64,000 nucleotides of DNA, taken from NCBI RefSeq assembly GCF_009914755.1, contig NC_060940.1; one strand, 5' to 3'. Of the stretch, positions 63,169 to 64,000 are shown in pieces. Position 1 is the stretch's first letter. Each line of letters begins with the position of its first letter. The position numbers and the translations under genes were made by a program. Source of the DNA: the human T2T-CHM13v2.0 reference genome, Homo sapiens. The notes beneath the pieces were generated by a model. It did not search any database. It saw nothing but the letters and a program-made list of their open reading frames with translations, and was not told the origin of the DNA.

Positions 63169-64000
63169 CATTCTTGTGTTTTTGTTGTAGTTTACATGCT
63201 GGGGAGGCCGGGCTGTGTGTCCTACAGTTCCCACAGTCTAGTGATCATGTCCCCATGGTGTCATTCAACGTGTCTATTATCTCCAGTATTTCCTGTCAAC
63301 TGGTGGGTGGGCCTAGAATGGAGGCTTGGTGCAACTCAGGAGATGTGTTTGGCTGCCTGACAGCGTAGGTGCATCATGGCTGATCAACCTTCCTCACGAT
63401 TTACCCTGAGTTTGTTTCCAGTTTTTGAGTGCCTCAGCTTCAAGGTGGGCCATTCTGGGTCATGGCAATGTCCTGATCAGCAGCGGGCACGGGCCCACTT
63501 GGAGAGAAGAAGTGAGTGTGTGTTTGGGGTTGGGTAGAGGGATGGGGGCCGTACCAGAGTCTGTAGTTTCTGGAAACAGAGTGGACAATCCTGTTTTCAA
63601 CAAAGGATACATTAAGTGCCATTTAGATTATGGAGCTGTGTGATTGGAATCAACCCGGGGCAGATTAGGCCCCCGGGCCCCTATGCATTCTTAAGGAGAT
63701 GAGGGGGGTGCCCAGGTAAGCATCCCAGGTAGGAGTCTCCCAAATGCAGGGCGAGGAGTGGCAGCGTCCACGAGCTCAGTCACCAACCCAGGGACTCTGT
63801 TTCCTGACTGTCACGAGACTGGACTGAGGCAGAGCAAGCCCTCACTTACAATGTATTGGGTCCAGGGCTATGTCCCGGTGGCCTTGAAACACCGAAATGA
63901 CCTGGAGATCTGGCTGAAGTCGGTTGAGAAGTGGATAGGAAATGAAAAGATAGAGACAGCAAGTATAGACACTCCTTCTAAAAGCTCGATGTTGGCAAAT

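Overview
This is human (primate) genomic DNA with dense repeats. Only two pieces of genes are present, both on the + strand. The first is a polyadenylated 3' end at the very start (AATAAA 218-223 plus a GU-rich element), which I assign to WFDC1 from recalled gene order at 16q24.1. The second is the CpG-island promoter and coding exon 1 of ATP2C2/SPCA2 (39014-39112, MVEGRVSEFLKKLGFSGGGRQYQALEKDEEEAL, donor GTGAGT), followed by about 25 kb of intron 1; exon 2 is not in the window. The ~38.7 kb between them and the intron are mostly transposon debris: roughly 45-50 Alus, an old L1 that keeps both ends but has two internal deletions (3302-9526) nested in a Tc2/Kanga-like DNA transposon, MaLR LTRs, a solo HERV-H LTR7 inside an Alu, MER20/MER30/MER5/Charlie hAT remnants, MIR/L2 fragments, microsatellites and a 27-31 bp minisatellite. 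Nearly all ORFs in the track come from repeats. I found no convincing new biological system. The best leads are regulatory or structural: a palindromic Sp/ZEB/GRHL-like promoter cassette, the antisense LTR7, an intronic minisatellite and a splice donor created by an L1 deletion. Repeat subfamily names come from recalled consensus sequences and need RepeatMasker/Dfam confirmation. Repeat boundaries without a stated TSD are approximate.
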